IMG/VR virus record: IMGVR_UViG_3300033406_000008
Location: 1 to 49,540 of that record
Strand: one strand, 5' to 3'
Source of the DNA: a virus
Lineage: Duplodnaviria; Caudoviricetes
Length of the DNA stretch: 49,540 nt
Of this stretch, positions 36,019 to 45,004 are shown piece by piece. A model generated the notes under the pieces. It searched no databases, was not told the origin of the DNA, and worked only from the letters and a program-made list of their open reading frames with translations. The translations under genes and the position numbers were made by a program. Within the stretch, counting starts at the first letter, position 1; every line of letters begins with the position of its first letter.

Positions 36019-36034
36019 TAACGGGTTCTACCAT

Positions 36035-36298
36035 TCACGCAGTTTTCTTTCTCGGCTTCTTCGCCGGTACCGGCACATCAAACAGGCTGATGCAGAATCG
36101 CTCCGTATACTCCTGATCTTTCCGATAGCAGGTCTTTCCCATTCCCTTCGCTATTGATTCCGGGTCTTTCAGCTTGCGGTTGCAGCGACCGCAACGGGGG
36201 TACCCACTATCATCGCGCTTCGGCAAATCACATTTCTCATGAGGAATGTCATAGTCAGGGAATAGAACATCTGACGGTTCATCAGACATAATCAGCAT
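36035..36298 (-). CDS. DUF6011-like zinc-finger protein
   Basis: CGRCNRKLKDPESIAKGMGKTC. Confidence 0.7.
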   Translation of the reverse strand: MLIMSDEPSDVLFPDYDIPHEKCDLPKRDDSGYPRCGRCNRKLKDPESIAKGMGKTCYRKDQEYTERFCISLFDVPVPAKKPRKKTA

Positions 36299-36537
36299 CT
36301 TCCCTGCGATCGGCGAATCCGGTTGTATACGGCATCCGCCTTAATCCCGTAAATATCGCCGATCCGCTTATAGGTCATGGTCTTCTTCATCCGAGCCATG
36401 TCCTCGATAATATCAACCGAAACCTTTTGTCTTTTCATTACACGATTGTTCGTGAATAGGCATTCGAAACATTGTTCTGGAGAGAGTAGCTGCGGTGACA
36501 GAATGGCCACTGTTAACGCCATTACCCCTTCGTTCAC
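36292..36537 (-). CDS. Small HTH protein
   Basis: MTYKRIGDIYGIKADAVYNRIRR. Confidence 0.65.
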   Translation of the reverse strand: MNEGVMALTVAILSPQLLSPEQCFECLFTNNRVMKRQKVSVDIIEDMARMKKTMTYKRIGDIYGIKADAVYNRIRRSQGRC

Positions 36538-37016
36538 GCCACCTTCACCTCCACCGACTTATTGGAAATAAACTTTCCTGTGGCATCTCTGGTCCGCTGA
36601 TCGTGATGAACTCCATACACGTGTTCGCCAATACTTCCAATGAGGTCTAAGTTTTCCGGGCGATTATCATCCTTCGTCCCGTTGATATGATGAACAATTT
36701 CGGTTGGGTCTAAATATCTTCCAAGCGTCTTTTCCATCACAAGACGATGTTCCGCAACTTCCTTTCTAGCAGTGCAATGCGGATGATCCGGACAAAACAC
36801 TTGAATATACCCGTCCTGATCTTTTCGGCGTCCGCCACGCCATTTCGGGTTATTGTCTCCAGTCTTGTCATAATGATGTTGAATCCCCATTGATTTCATC
36901 TTCATAGACACCATGCTTCGATTACACCCATACTTCTTGGCGACGGCTTCCTGGGTTTTCAGCACAGCGTAATCCTCAGCAAGGTTAGACCAATCAATTC
37001 CTTTATTCGCTGCCAT
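36534..37016 (-). CDS. HNH endonuclease (HNH_3 type) with N-terminal HTH
   Basis: NPKWRGG, EHRLVME..LGRYL...E.VHHING.KDDNRPENL. Confidence 0.9.
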   Translation of the reverse strand: MAANKGIDWSNLAEDYAVLKTQEAVAKKYGCNRSMVSMKMKSMGIQHHYDKTGDNNPKWRGGRRKDQDGYIQVFCPDHPHCTARKEVAEHRLVMEKTLGRYLDPTEIVHHINGTKDDNRPENLDLIGSIGEHVYGVHHDQRTRDATGKFISNKSVEVKVA

Positions 37017-39572
37017 TTAAGCCACCTTCACTTCAATAGCTTCTCCATTTGGGCGAAAACTAATCTGCTGTTCAAAAGCCTCTTGAACTTGTTTGATATG
37101 GGAAATGACGAGAACCATTCCAAATCTGGCCGCAATACTTTTCACAGACTCAATCACTAAGGGTAAGAAATCCTCCGACTGACTTCCGAATCCCTCATCG
37201 ATGCATAAAAAGTCAATCCTGCTGCCAGCCCGTCTGGCCAGAAGTTCAGCCAGGGCAAACCGGATGGCAAAATCAATGCGTAGCTGCTCACCGCCGGAAA
37301 ATGTCTCATAAATCCGTTCACCCGCCCAGTCGCCGACTATGATATCCAGCGTCTCGGCCATGCCAGCTTTGCTCTTCAGTTCTCGCTGAGTCTCGAACCT
37401 CAGATTGTGCTTTCCTCCGGACATCTGCCCCAGGATCTCGTTTGCGATGCGCTCCAACTCCGGCACCGTGTTTTCAATGATCAGCGCCGGGATCCCATCC
37501 CTACCGAAAGCCTTGACCAGTGTCTGCCACCGGGTCAGTTCCTTGGCCAGCGGATCCATCCGCTGCATAATTTCTGCTCGAGCAGAATCATCCTTGTCCA
37601 GGGCTTCAAGTTTGGCCGTCAGGGCGCCGATCTTCGTCATGCATAAATCCAAATTAATCCGGGCGGTGTTGATGTCTGCCCGCGATTGATCTAGCAATTG
37701 TTGCGTGGCGTTGACGTGTTCCGGGTCTTCCATTCTTGAAACATACTCGGCAAAAGCCTGATCACGTTTTACTTCCAATTCGGAAATATCTCGAGTCAAA
37801 TTATCAATCTGTTCCTTGGCTGATTTCTGCTGCTCACGGACAGCAGGCAGCAATTCCCGTTTTTTAAGATAAGGAGCCAACGCAGTAAGTTTTTCCGACA
37901 GCGCCGGCAAATCAGCCAGCTCAGCCAGCAGTTTTTTGTAGTCATCGCGTAGCTGCTGACGCCGTTCTCTCGATGCGGCCTGTCTAGTTTCGAGATCAAC
38001 GCGCTGTTCCTGTAAATTAATCAACATTTTTCCAACAGCATCAAGCGATTGTAGTTGCTGAACAATCGGAGCCAGTTCATCGATTGTTTTAAAAACATCA
38101 GCATGATATTGAGTGTTGTAATCGATGGCTTCGAGTTGATCGGAGACTTGGCTGCGAGATTTGCGGAGCAAGTCAATTTCAACCTGTGATTCAACCAAAT
38201 ACGCGTTTAGTGCTGCATCAAGCTCATCGGCTTTGCTTTTCGCCTTTTTTGCGTCCGCCAGAAATTCGCATGTGGCACGTTCGATGTCGATGCATCCAAC
38301 TTCGGCCAACATGGCTGCACGCTTACGATATACCTCGATGATTCCTTCATCAGCTTTTTTCTTGGTTTCGATCATTGCGCACTTGTGCTGGATTTCGGTA
38401 TCAAGTTTGCCGAGATTCTCATAGCACTTGCTAAAAAGTTCAGCTGCCTGGTCAAGTTCCTCGTTTTCAGCAACAGCGACATCATATACAGCCTTTGCCC
38501 GTTCCATTTTTGGACGATTGTCCAGCAGTTGCTCCGTTTCCTCAACATCCCGGATGACCTTTTTCAACTGGCTTTCGAGCTGTTCGAGATCTCGGGTAAC
38601 CTGTTCTCCATCTCTGGCCAGCGCTACTCGCTGATCATCCTTTACTTGTAGCGCGGTCACCTGATCGCGGATCCGGTCATGCTCAGCGGATTTTTCCTGA
38701 ATGGTTTCCTCTTCCGAAAGAAATGTCTCTGCAACGCGCATCCGATACAGCTGCTGATCAAGAGCAATCTTTTTCTGATCCACTTCGCCATACAGTTCCT
38801 CAGATTGTTTCTTGTACTGCGCGGCCACCAGACGCGTTGAATTGATAACCAACATGTCATTCATGGCTGCATCATGCACTTTAACTGACTCGCTCATATT
38901 TCCCCGAATGCTGATCTCATTTAAGAGTTCAGCGTCCAGGTCAGCCTGCAGCTGTGGCCGTTCCGCCAGCCGTTCATCCATGCTGGCCACCATCGCCTTG
39001 TCTCTCTCGAGAGAAATGTTTGTCACCGAAACTTTGGCTTTGGCCTTGTCCTGCAAACCGTCGTACTGGTCAAGCTGCAGGATCTGCCCGAGAATCGCCT
39101 TGCGCTGTCCGGCTGGTCGCGCGGTAAAGTTCGACGCATCGCCCTGAAGGATCATGGAACTGGCCACGAATGTTTCATCCGTCAGGTTCAGCAGGTCAAT
39201 AATCTTTTTCTGTGTCTCATCGATCGATGCACCGGATTCACTGGCCCACAATTCACCAGATTGCCGCTGAAGCTCCAGCGTGCTTTTACCCTTCCCCTTG
39301 GTCGATCTCGTCCGGATCACGCGCCACACGCCGCCCTGGTGTTCAAAATCGAAGCAAACGGACATCTCACTTGTACCGGTCCGCACCATGTCATCCACCC
39401 TGGTACCGGGTTTTAAGTTTCCGAATAAGGCAAAGCGCGGGGCGGTTGTGAATGCTGTAGATTTCCCAAGGCCGTTGGCGCCGCAAATCGCAGCGCAGGT
39501 TATGCCGGTAAGATCAATGTCAGCTGATGGAATGGCGCCGAGGTTTTTAATTTGTATGCGACGAGGTTTCAT
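37017..39572 (-). CDS. sbcC: SbcC/Rad50-like SMC ATPase
   Basis: GANGLGKS Walker A, long coiled coil, FSGGE signature, IDEGFG Walker B, VISH. Confidence 0.92.
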   Translation of the reverse strand: MKPRRIQIKNLGAIPSADIDLTGITCAAICGANGLGKSTAFTTAPRFALFGNLKPGTRVDDMVRTGTSEMSVCFDFEHQGGVWRVIRTRSTKGKGKSTLELQRQSGELWASESGASIDETQKKIIDLLNLTDETFVASSMILQGDASNFTARPAGQRKAILGQILQLDQYDGLQDKAKAKVSVTNISLERDKAMVASMDERLAERPQLQADLDAELLNEISIRGNMSESVKVHDAAMNDMLVINSTRLVAAQYKKQSEELYGEVDQKKIALDQQLYRMRVAETFLSEEETIQEKSAEHDRIRDQVTALQVKDDQRVALARDGEQVTRDLEQLESQLKKVIRDVEETEQLLDNRPKMERAKAVYDVAVAENEELDQAAELFSKCYENLGKLDTEIQHKCAMIETKKKADEGIIEVYRKRAAMLAEVGCIDIERATCEFLADAKKAKSKADELDAALNAYLVESQVEIDLLRKSRSQVSDQLEAIDYNTQYHADVFKTIDELAPIVQQLQSLDAVGKMLINLQEQRVDLETRQAASRERRQQLRDDYKKLLAELADLPALSEKLTALAPYLKKRELLPAVREQQKSAKEQIDNLTRDISELEVKRDQAFAEYVSRMEDPEHVNATQQLLDQSRADINTARINLDLCMTKIGALTAKLEALDKDDSARAEIMQRMDPLAKELTRWQTLVKAFGRDGIPALIIENTVPELERIANEILGQMSGGKHNLRFETQRELKSKAGMAETLDIIVGDWAGERIYETFSGGEQLRIDFAIRFALAELLARRAGSRIDFLCIDEGFGSQSEDFLPLVIESVKSIAARFGMVLVISHIKQVQEAFEQQISFRPNGEAIEVKVA

Positions 39573-39588
39573 TTATATCGCCCCTCCT

Positions 39589-40344
39589 TCACCGGTACTC
39601 AGCTTCAGGTTCTTTTTCCGGCGTCACCTCATCACGTTCTGAATCGGTATCTAAAATCAACATGGTCTGTGCCTGCGCCAAACGAAGCAATAGAATTTCA
39701 AAAGACTTTAAATAGCGTAGAGATCTTATGTCTGTTGTTGCGTCATAACTCATGTCCCAGGCTTTATCGGTCTTCTCATCGACATACCGGGAAAGCCGTA
39801 CAGAGAAGTTCATGTCCTTGTCATGATCGCAATCGAAGTTGAGCGTAGCATGAGAGAAGTATCTCCCCACACGTTCTTCTGCGTATTCGACATCCATCGT
39901 TACCTCGACAGACTCATACGCCGCGCTGTCATCACATATGACTTTAAGGCCGTTTGTGTCTACTTCTTCAGCAACAAACTTAAGCCAGCTCTCATATAAC
40001 TTGGACAATTGAATGGTCTTTTCTTCGACCGGCAGCATGACATCTTTGAAGTTTGTCAGCAGCTTCTTATTCTCCAGTGCAGAATTTTTCAGTACGTCAA
40101 CCAATATATTGTCCAGCTTTACGATATATTGAGAGTAGTCACGGGCTTCAAGATAAGGAATCATCACGGATTTGATCTGCTTCTCGATAACTTTTGTCAC
40201 GTCTCCATAGCCACAGAACAAACTTTCCAGTGCCTTTACGATTCCTTTCTCTACATGTTCCGCTACCAGTTTTTCCACAGTACCGTCTTCCATCTTGGCT
40301 GTGACCGTATCTTTAATGCTGTTTTCAAGTGACATGCTTTTCAC
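39589..40344 (-). CDS. Acidic phage hypothetical protein
   Basis: 251-aa ORF, AAGGAG SD. Confidence 0.7.
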   Translation of the reverse strand: MKSMSLENSIKDTVTAKMEDGTVEKLVAEHVEKGIVKALESLFCGYGDVTKVIEKQIKSVMIPYLEARDYSQYIVKLDNILVDVLKNSALENKKLLTNFKDVMLPVEEKTIQLSKLYESWLKFVAEEVDTNGLKVICDDSAAYESVEVTMDVEYAEERVGRYFSHATLNFDCDHDKDMNFSVRLSRYVDEKTDKAWDMSYDATTDIRSLRYLKSFEILLLRLAQAQTMLILDTDSERDEVTPEKEPEAEYR

Positions 40345-40376
40345 TCCTTATTTTTTGTTTTTTAGATCGCGGGACT

Positions 40377-40655
40377 TTAATGTTTATGAAAAATCAGCTC
40401 AATCGCTTTTTGTTTGTCATGATCCGGGCAGATATCCGTATCCACACCAATCTTGACCCGGCAGTCATTGCATAATGGCCTATCGCAGGTCTTGCTGCCG
40501 AAGATGTCGCGGCGAAAATCGTCCAGGGCGTGCCTAGGGAAGTCGCAAAGACTAGTTGACGGATTACCGCAGAAGAAACAGGGTTTGGTTTCACGCTTGC
40601 CTCGGCAGCATACAAATGCAACCATGCCGGGACTATCTATTTTGTAGCAAGGCAT
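40377..40655 (-). CDS. Cys-rich zinc-finger protein
   Basis: CFFC..LCDFP..TCDRPLC..C..DICP.H. Confidence 0.65.
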   Translation of the reverse strand: MPCYKIDSPGMVAFVCCRGKRETKPCFFCGNPSTSLCDFPRHALDDFRRDIFGSKTCDRPLCNDCRVKIGVDTDICPDHDKQKAIELIFHKH

Positions 40656-40918
40656 TGTGCAGGAACCTCCACACCCTGAATTTTCAACGCTTCGATCCAA
40701 TACTGTTTCATTTCGTCGGAACAGTGCGCCATAGCGTCTTTCCATGTAGGCCAGCGGTCATGCTCCTGAAAAAAATGGTATTGGTAATACAGGCTCTGCT
40801 GATTGTGTGGAAAAGAAGGGTCGTGTCGCACGGCGCATTCTTGGCACGCAAGTGGATTAGATGGCGGCAATAACTGCATATCCTTGAGGTGGACTACTTT
40901 TACCTCAATTTTCGCCAT
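40637..40918 (-). CDS. Hypothetical protein (CxxC..H..H)
   Basis: CQECAVRHDP..PHNQQSLYYQY..WPTW.DAMAHC; GGAGGTG SD. Confidence 0.7.
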   Translation of the reverse strand: MAKIEVKVVHLKDMQLLPPSNPLACQECAVRHDPSFPHNQQSLYYQYHFFQEHDRWPTWKDAMAHCSDEMKQYWIEALKIQGVEVPAQCLATK

Positions 40919-42109
40919 CTATGCCACCTCCATCAGCTGCGCGGTCATGGCCGCCAGCTCGTCAATCTCCGCTGCCGGGATTTCCTGATTGGCCGCCCAC
41001 TTTCGCATAGCCTCAACCGGACCGAGCTGATCAGTCACATCGGCGTCCCTCATCCGGCCTGCCCGGGCGATCTCACCCCTGATTTCGGACACAAAAAATG
41101 CGCCTGCATCATAGAGACGCTGCTCCATGGCGCGGCGGTCAAATTGTTTGTTCGTGGCCTCGTCGCATGTGTAAATAATCCGGACAATAGCGTCAGAAAC
41201 AAGGGTATATTCGCGCCAAAATGGTGCTAATCCGTTATTAAATTCGACAATATCGTCATTTTTTAGATAAATGGTGAGATATTTTCGTGCGGGCGTGTTG
41301 ATGAACTGGGAATCAAACTTGGTCCCATCCCACTCGTGGATCCAGAAACCGGCACCCTGTTTCTCGTCGCTGAAAGATAGGCGCTCCGGACTGCCGGAAT
41401 AGAACACACTGCCATTTTGCTGAGGCCGATGGATATGGCCTAAGCATACCAAGTCATAGCCCTGGACGGCCTCCTGCGTTAAAATGGCCTCATTTTGCAT
41501 CAACACATCTTCGAACCCGGTGTCAGCCAGATCGTAGGTCAGATGCCCGACAAGAACGGATGCGTTCGGCACAAGCGTCTGGAACATTTCATCCTTCAGC
41601 AGTCCTTGGCAGGTTTCAGCAATGTTATCTGTCATCATCTGGTGCATCACGTGCGCTGGCAATCCCCGGTATTCATCCTTATTGGCAAAACTGCTCCGGT
41701 CCATGCCGGGCAAGCAAACAATCGACACCGTAGAGTCGTGTTTTTCGAAAAAAATCGCGTTCGGATCAGTGACAATCCGCACTCCCGGCAGCTCAAACGC
41801 TTGTAACAGTTCATAGGCACTCACCGGGTCGTGGCTCGGCGTCCCGCTGATCACGATTACCTCAATGCCGGCCGCCGTCAGTTTACGCAGCCAGGCAACT
41901 GCTGCCCGGATTTCGCGGGATGCTTTTTCCAAAGATACGTCGGCTTTCCGGAACATATCACCGGCCACCAGAACCAGATCTACCTGCTCGGTAATCATCC
42001 GATCGGCAGACCAGTCCATGACGCGGCAAATGTCGAGGAAACGCGACTCTGAATTCGGTCCAGGGTATCCTAAGCCCCAGTGTATGTCGGCAATGTGGGC
42101 GATCTTCAT
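40919..42109 (-). CDS. sbcD: SbcD/Mre11-like metallophosphoesterase nuclease
   Basis: ADIHWG, AGDMF, GTPSHD, LGHIHRPQ, YSGSPERLSFSDE. Confidence 0.92.
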   Translation of the reverse strand: MKIAHIADIHWGLGYPGPNSESRFLDICRVMDWSADRMITEQVDLVLVAGDMFRKADVSLEKASREIRAAVAWLRKLTAAGIEVIVISGTPSHDPVSAYELLQAFELPGVRIVTDPNAIFFEKHDSTVSIVCLPGMDRSSFANKDEYRGLPAHVMHQMMTDNIAETCQGLLKDEMFQTLVPNASVLVGHLTYDLADTGFEDVLMQNEAILTQEAVQGYDLVCLGHIHRPQQNGSVFYSGSPERLSFSDEKQGAGFWIHEWDGTKFDSQFINTPARKYLTIYLKNDDIVEFNNGLAPFWREYTLVSDAIVRIIYTCDEATNKQFDRRAMEQRLYDAGAFFVSEIRGEIARAGRMRDADVTDQLGPVEAMRKWAANQEIPAAEIDELAAMTAQLMEVA

Positions 42110-43098
42110 TTTTCGCCACCGCCATCCATCGCCAAATCGATAATCAGATCCTGAAGATCGTCCTTGCTAACTTTGCCGAACCAGTCGATCACCGCGGAAG
42201 CTTCTGCCTTCGTAAGCTCGTCGATAGCTTTACCCTTCGTTGATTTGACAATAGCATCAATATCTGCGGCCTTGACGTTCTTTTTCTCCGCGTCGTATTG
42301 GATTTTGTTTTTCTGGGCAATGGTGATCATCCCGCCGGAGGCCGAAGGATTGAAGGTCGATTTTTCATCAGACGACTTCGGCGTGCGGCGCTCTTTTTCT
42401 AACCGTTCCTTTCCCAACCGATCTTTGCGATCATTGTTATCTTCACCACCGGCCCAGGCTTCAAAATCATCTTCATCTTGGCTGAACATGCCGCCCAGGC
42501 CGGTAGATGCCAAAACCGCAGCGACATATGCGCGCTTGATAGCCATCTTGAGAATGGTATTCCACGTGTCAAAAAGATCTCTGTTATCCATCCGGTATTT
42601 TGTAAAACTCCGCTGCTCTTCTCCCTCCTTTTTTTTGGTCTTAAACGTTTGGGAAATCAGCGTGGACTTATCAATCCCGGACGGCACATCATTGTCGTAC
42701 ACCCATCGATAGCAGTATTTTGATTCGCGGGTACTGCACGATCCTTCTCCGTCGCCGACAATAATATTTGACGTCTTGTGTCGCATCTGGACTCGAACAG
42801 TAACATCATAATGACCTGTGTTAAAATCCTTGTTTTCTTCCTTGCTAACGATATTGCGGGAATATCCATAAAGAAAACTCAGCTTGTCAGCACCTGGCTG
42901 GAAAAGGGTGTTCTTGTCAGTGTTGGGGATTTTCCCATAATCAATGTCAGGAATCATAACTTCCTTGATATATTGCTGCACGAGATCGATTTTCGCTTTC
43001 ATTTCTTCAAGATTGTGATGCATTTCAACGGTACTTCCACTCATATCCATAATGCCACCCGCTTTTTGTTCGGTCGTGGCTAGTGCTCCATTACCCAT
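42106..43098 (-). CDS. Putative recombination / ssDNA-annealing protein
   Basis: Upstream of sbcD; DYGKIP..TL.QPGADKL, G.GSCS..E, NTILKMA.KRA, FSQD; family not firmly identified. Confidence 0.5.
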   Translation of the reverse strand: MGNGALATTEQKAGGIMDMSGSTVEMHHNLEEMKAKIDLVQQYIKEVMIPDIDYGKIPNTDKNTLFQPGADKLSFLYGYSRNIVSKEENKDFNTGHYDVTVRVQMRHKTSNIIVGDGEGSCSTRESKYCYRWVYDNDVPSGIDKSTLISQTFKTKKKEGEEQRSFTKYRMDNRDLFDTWNTILKMAIKRAYVAAVLASTGLGGMFSQDEDDFEAWAGGEDNNDRKDRLGKERLEKERRTPKSSDEKSTFNPSASGGMITIAQKNKIQYDAEKKNVKAADIDAIVKSTKGKAIDELTKAEASAVIDWFGKVSKDDLQDLIIDLAMDGGGEK

Positions 43099-43285
43099 GA
43101 ATAACCCTCCTCATCGGTCCTTGGACCGTTTCTACTTGGACAGTGACAATGCTGTTTTTCGGGGAAAACCCCGGGCGTCCGTTTTTCTTGACGCACTTAA
43201 CGCATTCCAGTGCTGACTCTTTATCTCCGCGCTTGGCTCCATCCTCATGGATGCACGCTGCGCAGGTTGCTCCTTGATATTTCAT
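43091..43285 (-). CDS. Small Cys-rich hypothetical protein
   Basis: AAGGAGG SD; CAAC..CVKC. Confidence 0.6.
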   Translation of the reverse strand: MKYQGATCAACIHEDGAKRGDKESALECVKCVKKNGRPGFSPKNSIVTVQVETVQGPMRRVIHG

Positions 43286-43306
43286 AATGGTGTACCTCCT
43301 TATGTA

Positions 43307-43398
43307 TTGACGAATAGTTATTCAATTGGTACACTTTGGGTGTCAGGTTCCATCTCATGAGCGGCCTCTGTGTATCAGCACAGGGGCTGCTTCTTTTT
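43307..43398 (+). ncRNA. Putative OOP-like antisense RNA unit (promoter plus terminator)
   Basis: TTGACG-N17-TACACT (43307-43335) and 13-bp hairpin 43360-43391 with TCTTTTT, antisense to the 3' end of 43355..43792. Confidence 0.6.
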
Positions 43399-43792
43399 GT
43401 GCGGCTGCGATCTGCAGTGCGAATACCGCCCTCTGCACATCCGTGAACTCTTTCAGGGCCATCCCTGGTAGCTGACCGCCGCAGGTAGTTTTGATCAGCG
43501 AATCCTCTACGGCCTCGGCTTCCTTCATTTCGGACACCAACCGAAGCACCGCCCCGGCCAATCCGTTTGTCGGGATCTCATAACCGCATTGCCGCCCGAT
43601 CGGGCAACGGCCTGCACAATAGCGTAGCGGCAAATTCTCCTGCCCGTACACCTGTGCCATGTTCAGTACCAGCAGCTGTTCCACCGGGTTGACCGCCTGT
43701 TCTATCCGTGCGAGCGTTCGCCTGTCCATATGCAGCCCGTATGCGGCCGATTCCAGTGACATTCCAGCTTGTTCTCGTGCCTGTTTTAGCAT
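43355..43792 (-). CDS. XRE-HTH regulator, CII-like position
   Basis: LKQAREQAGMS..AA..LHMDRRTLARIE; YC...CPIG; AGGGGGTG SD. Confidence 0.75.
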   Translation of the reverse strand: MLKQAREQAGMSLESAAYGLHMDRRTLARIEQAVNPVEQLLVLNMAQVYGQENLPLRYCAGRCPIGRQCGYEIPTNGLAGAVLRLVSEMKEAEAVEDSLIKTTCGGQLPGMALKEFTDVQRAVFALQIAAAQKEAAPVLIHRGRS

Positions 43793-43852
43793 CGTTTCTT
43801 CACCCCCTTTCACGCTATCATTGAAATATGAACCGGGCAGGAACAAAGGCGG

Positions 43853-43999
43853 TCATTTATTTTCCGTTTTCCAGTCACAGGTCACGCACTTCTCTGCCTT
43901 CCACGATTGGCCTACAATTGCCGTTTCAGAGTCTACAGCTTTCCCGCAGTCCGTGTTGCAGATGCTGCGTGGCTGGTAGCATTTCGGCATTGTTTGCAT
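43853..43999 (-). CDS. 48-aa Cys-rich peptide, not in the ORF track
   Basis: MQTMPKCYQPRSICNTDCGK...; AAGGAGG SD. Confidence 0.5.
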   Translation of the reverse strand: MQTMPKCYQPRSICNTDCGKAVDSETAIVGQSWKAEKCVTCDWKTENK

Positions 44000-44122
44000 C
44001 TACTCATCCTCCTTCCACTCGTCGATCAGCTTTAGTAGCGGGGAAATTACCCAAATCAAAATTGCTACGCTCGCTGCGACGGCAACTATCGCTGCAAGAA
44101 ATATCCACAAAACACTGCTCAC
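44000..44122 (-). CDS. 40-aa single-TM peptide, not in the ORF track
   Basis: MSSVLWIFLAAIVAVAASVAILIWVISPLLKLIDEWKEDE; GGGGGTG SD. Confidence 0.55.
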   Translation of the reverse strand: MSSVLWIFLAAIVAVAASVAILIWVISPLLKLIDEWKEDE

Positions 44123-44186
44123 GTTCCGTCACCCCCTATTATTTTCGGCGGTCCCTTTTTGTACGTCCCCGCCTTGATAATCTTGT

Positions 44187-44309
44187 TCATGTTGGGCTCA
44201 GCACCAACGTTGCCAAAAACAGGACGATGCAAATGACGGCAAACGTGTATTTTTCGCGGCGAGGAATGTCTGGGCCGTAGATTAGGATGTTGCGATAGCG
44301 AAATCTCAT
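44187..44309 (-). CDS. 40-aa peptide with C-terminal TM, not in the ORF track
   Basis: MRFRYRNILIYGPDIPRREKYTFAVICIVLFLATLVLSPT; AAGGAGG SD. Confidence 0.5.
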   Translation of the reverse strand: MRFRYRNILIYGPDIPRREKYTFAVICIVLFLATLVLSPT

Positions 44310-44344
44310 TTTTTATGCGCCTCCTTCCGCCCGTGCCTGATTTT

Positions 44345-44557
44345 TTATGAAGCTTCCTCCTTGCCCGCCATCCAGTCCTTGAGAAGCCATACCGGAAATC
44401 TGGCCTGCGCTCCCACCAACCGATGAGGAATCTTTTTTTGATGAACCATTGCATAAATGGTATCTTTGGAAACTTTTAAGTAATCTGCCGCTTCAACAAC
44501 CGTCAGAATATCTGAGTCATCATAATGAGCCGGTTCTTTTTTCTTTGCCATTTCCAT
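44345..44557 (-). CDS. xis: Excisionase-family DNA-binding protein (HTH_17)
   Basis: LTVVEAADYLKVSKDTIYAMV..KKIPH..VG..RF. Confidence 0.8.
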   Translation of the reverse strand: MEMAKKKEPAHYDDSDILTVVEAADYLKVSKDTIYAMVHQKKIPHRLVGAQARFPVWLLKDWMAGKEEAS

Positions 44558-44623
44558 TCTCCTTTTCTTCTTTGGCAGGACTCGCCTGCCACTTTGTGGA
44601 AGCCTCCCGATGGAGGTGTTACT

Positions 44624-45004
44624 ATGGACGATAAAACCTGTGATCTAGTTATGACTCGATTGATCTATCTGGCGAACAATACCCCGGGCGTCACGCTCTC
44701 ACTTATGACAACCAAATTTGGGGACTTTTTCCCTAGCCTATCTATCAACCAAGTCCTACCGACACTAAAGCTACTCACAGATCAAGGCGTAATCAAAGCG
44801 ACAAACTTGGAAGGAAGTTACGTTCAAATATTTATGCCCGCTGCCGCATTCGGTTATTTTGACGCCAAGAGAGTTGCCAAAGAAAAACGTGCTAAAGATC
44901 GGCGATGGGAATTATTCAAAATAACATTTCAGGCAGGAATCGGCTTTGTTACAGGAATTGCTTCTACCCTACTTGTACAATTTTTATTGAAAACATCTGG
45001 ATAA
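44624..45004 (+). CDS. Counter-oriented gene: winged-helix-like N-terminus with C-terminal TM
   Basis: GGAGGTG SD before ATG 44624; C-terminal AGIGFVTGIASTLLVQFLL. Confidence 0.7.
   Translation: MDDKTCDLVMTRLIYLANNTPGVTLSLMTTKFGDFFPSLSINQVLPTLKLLTDQGVIKATNLEGSYVQIFMPAAAFGYFDAKRVAKEKRAKDRRWELFKITFQAGIGFVTGIASTLLVQFLLKTSG

Noticed and set aside
44119-44454. 111-aa ORF overlapping xis
   Set aside because: Better explained by xis plus a short SD-led ORF (44187..44309) in another frame
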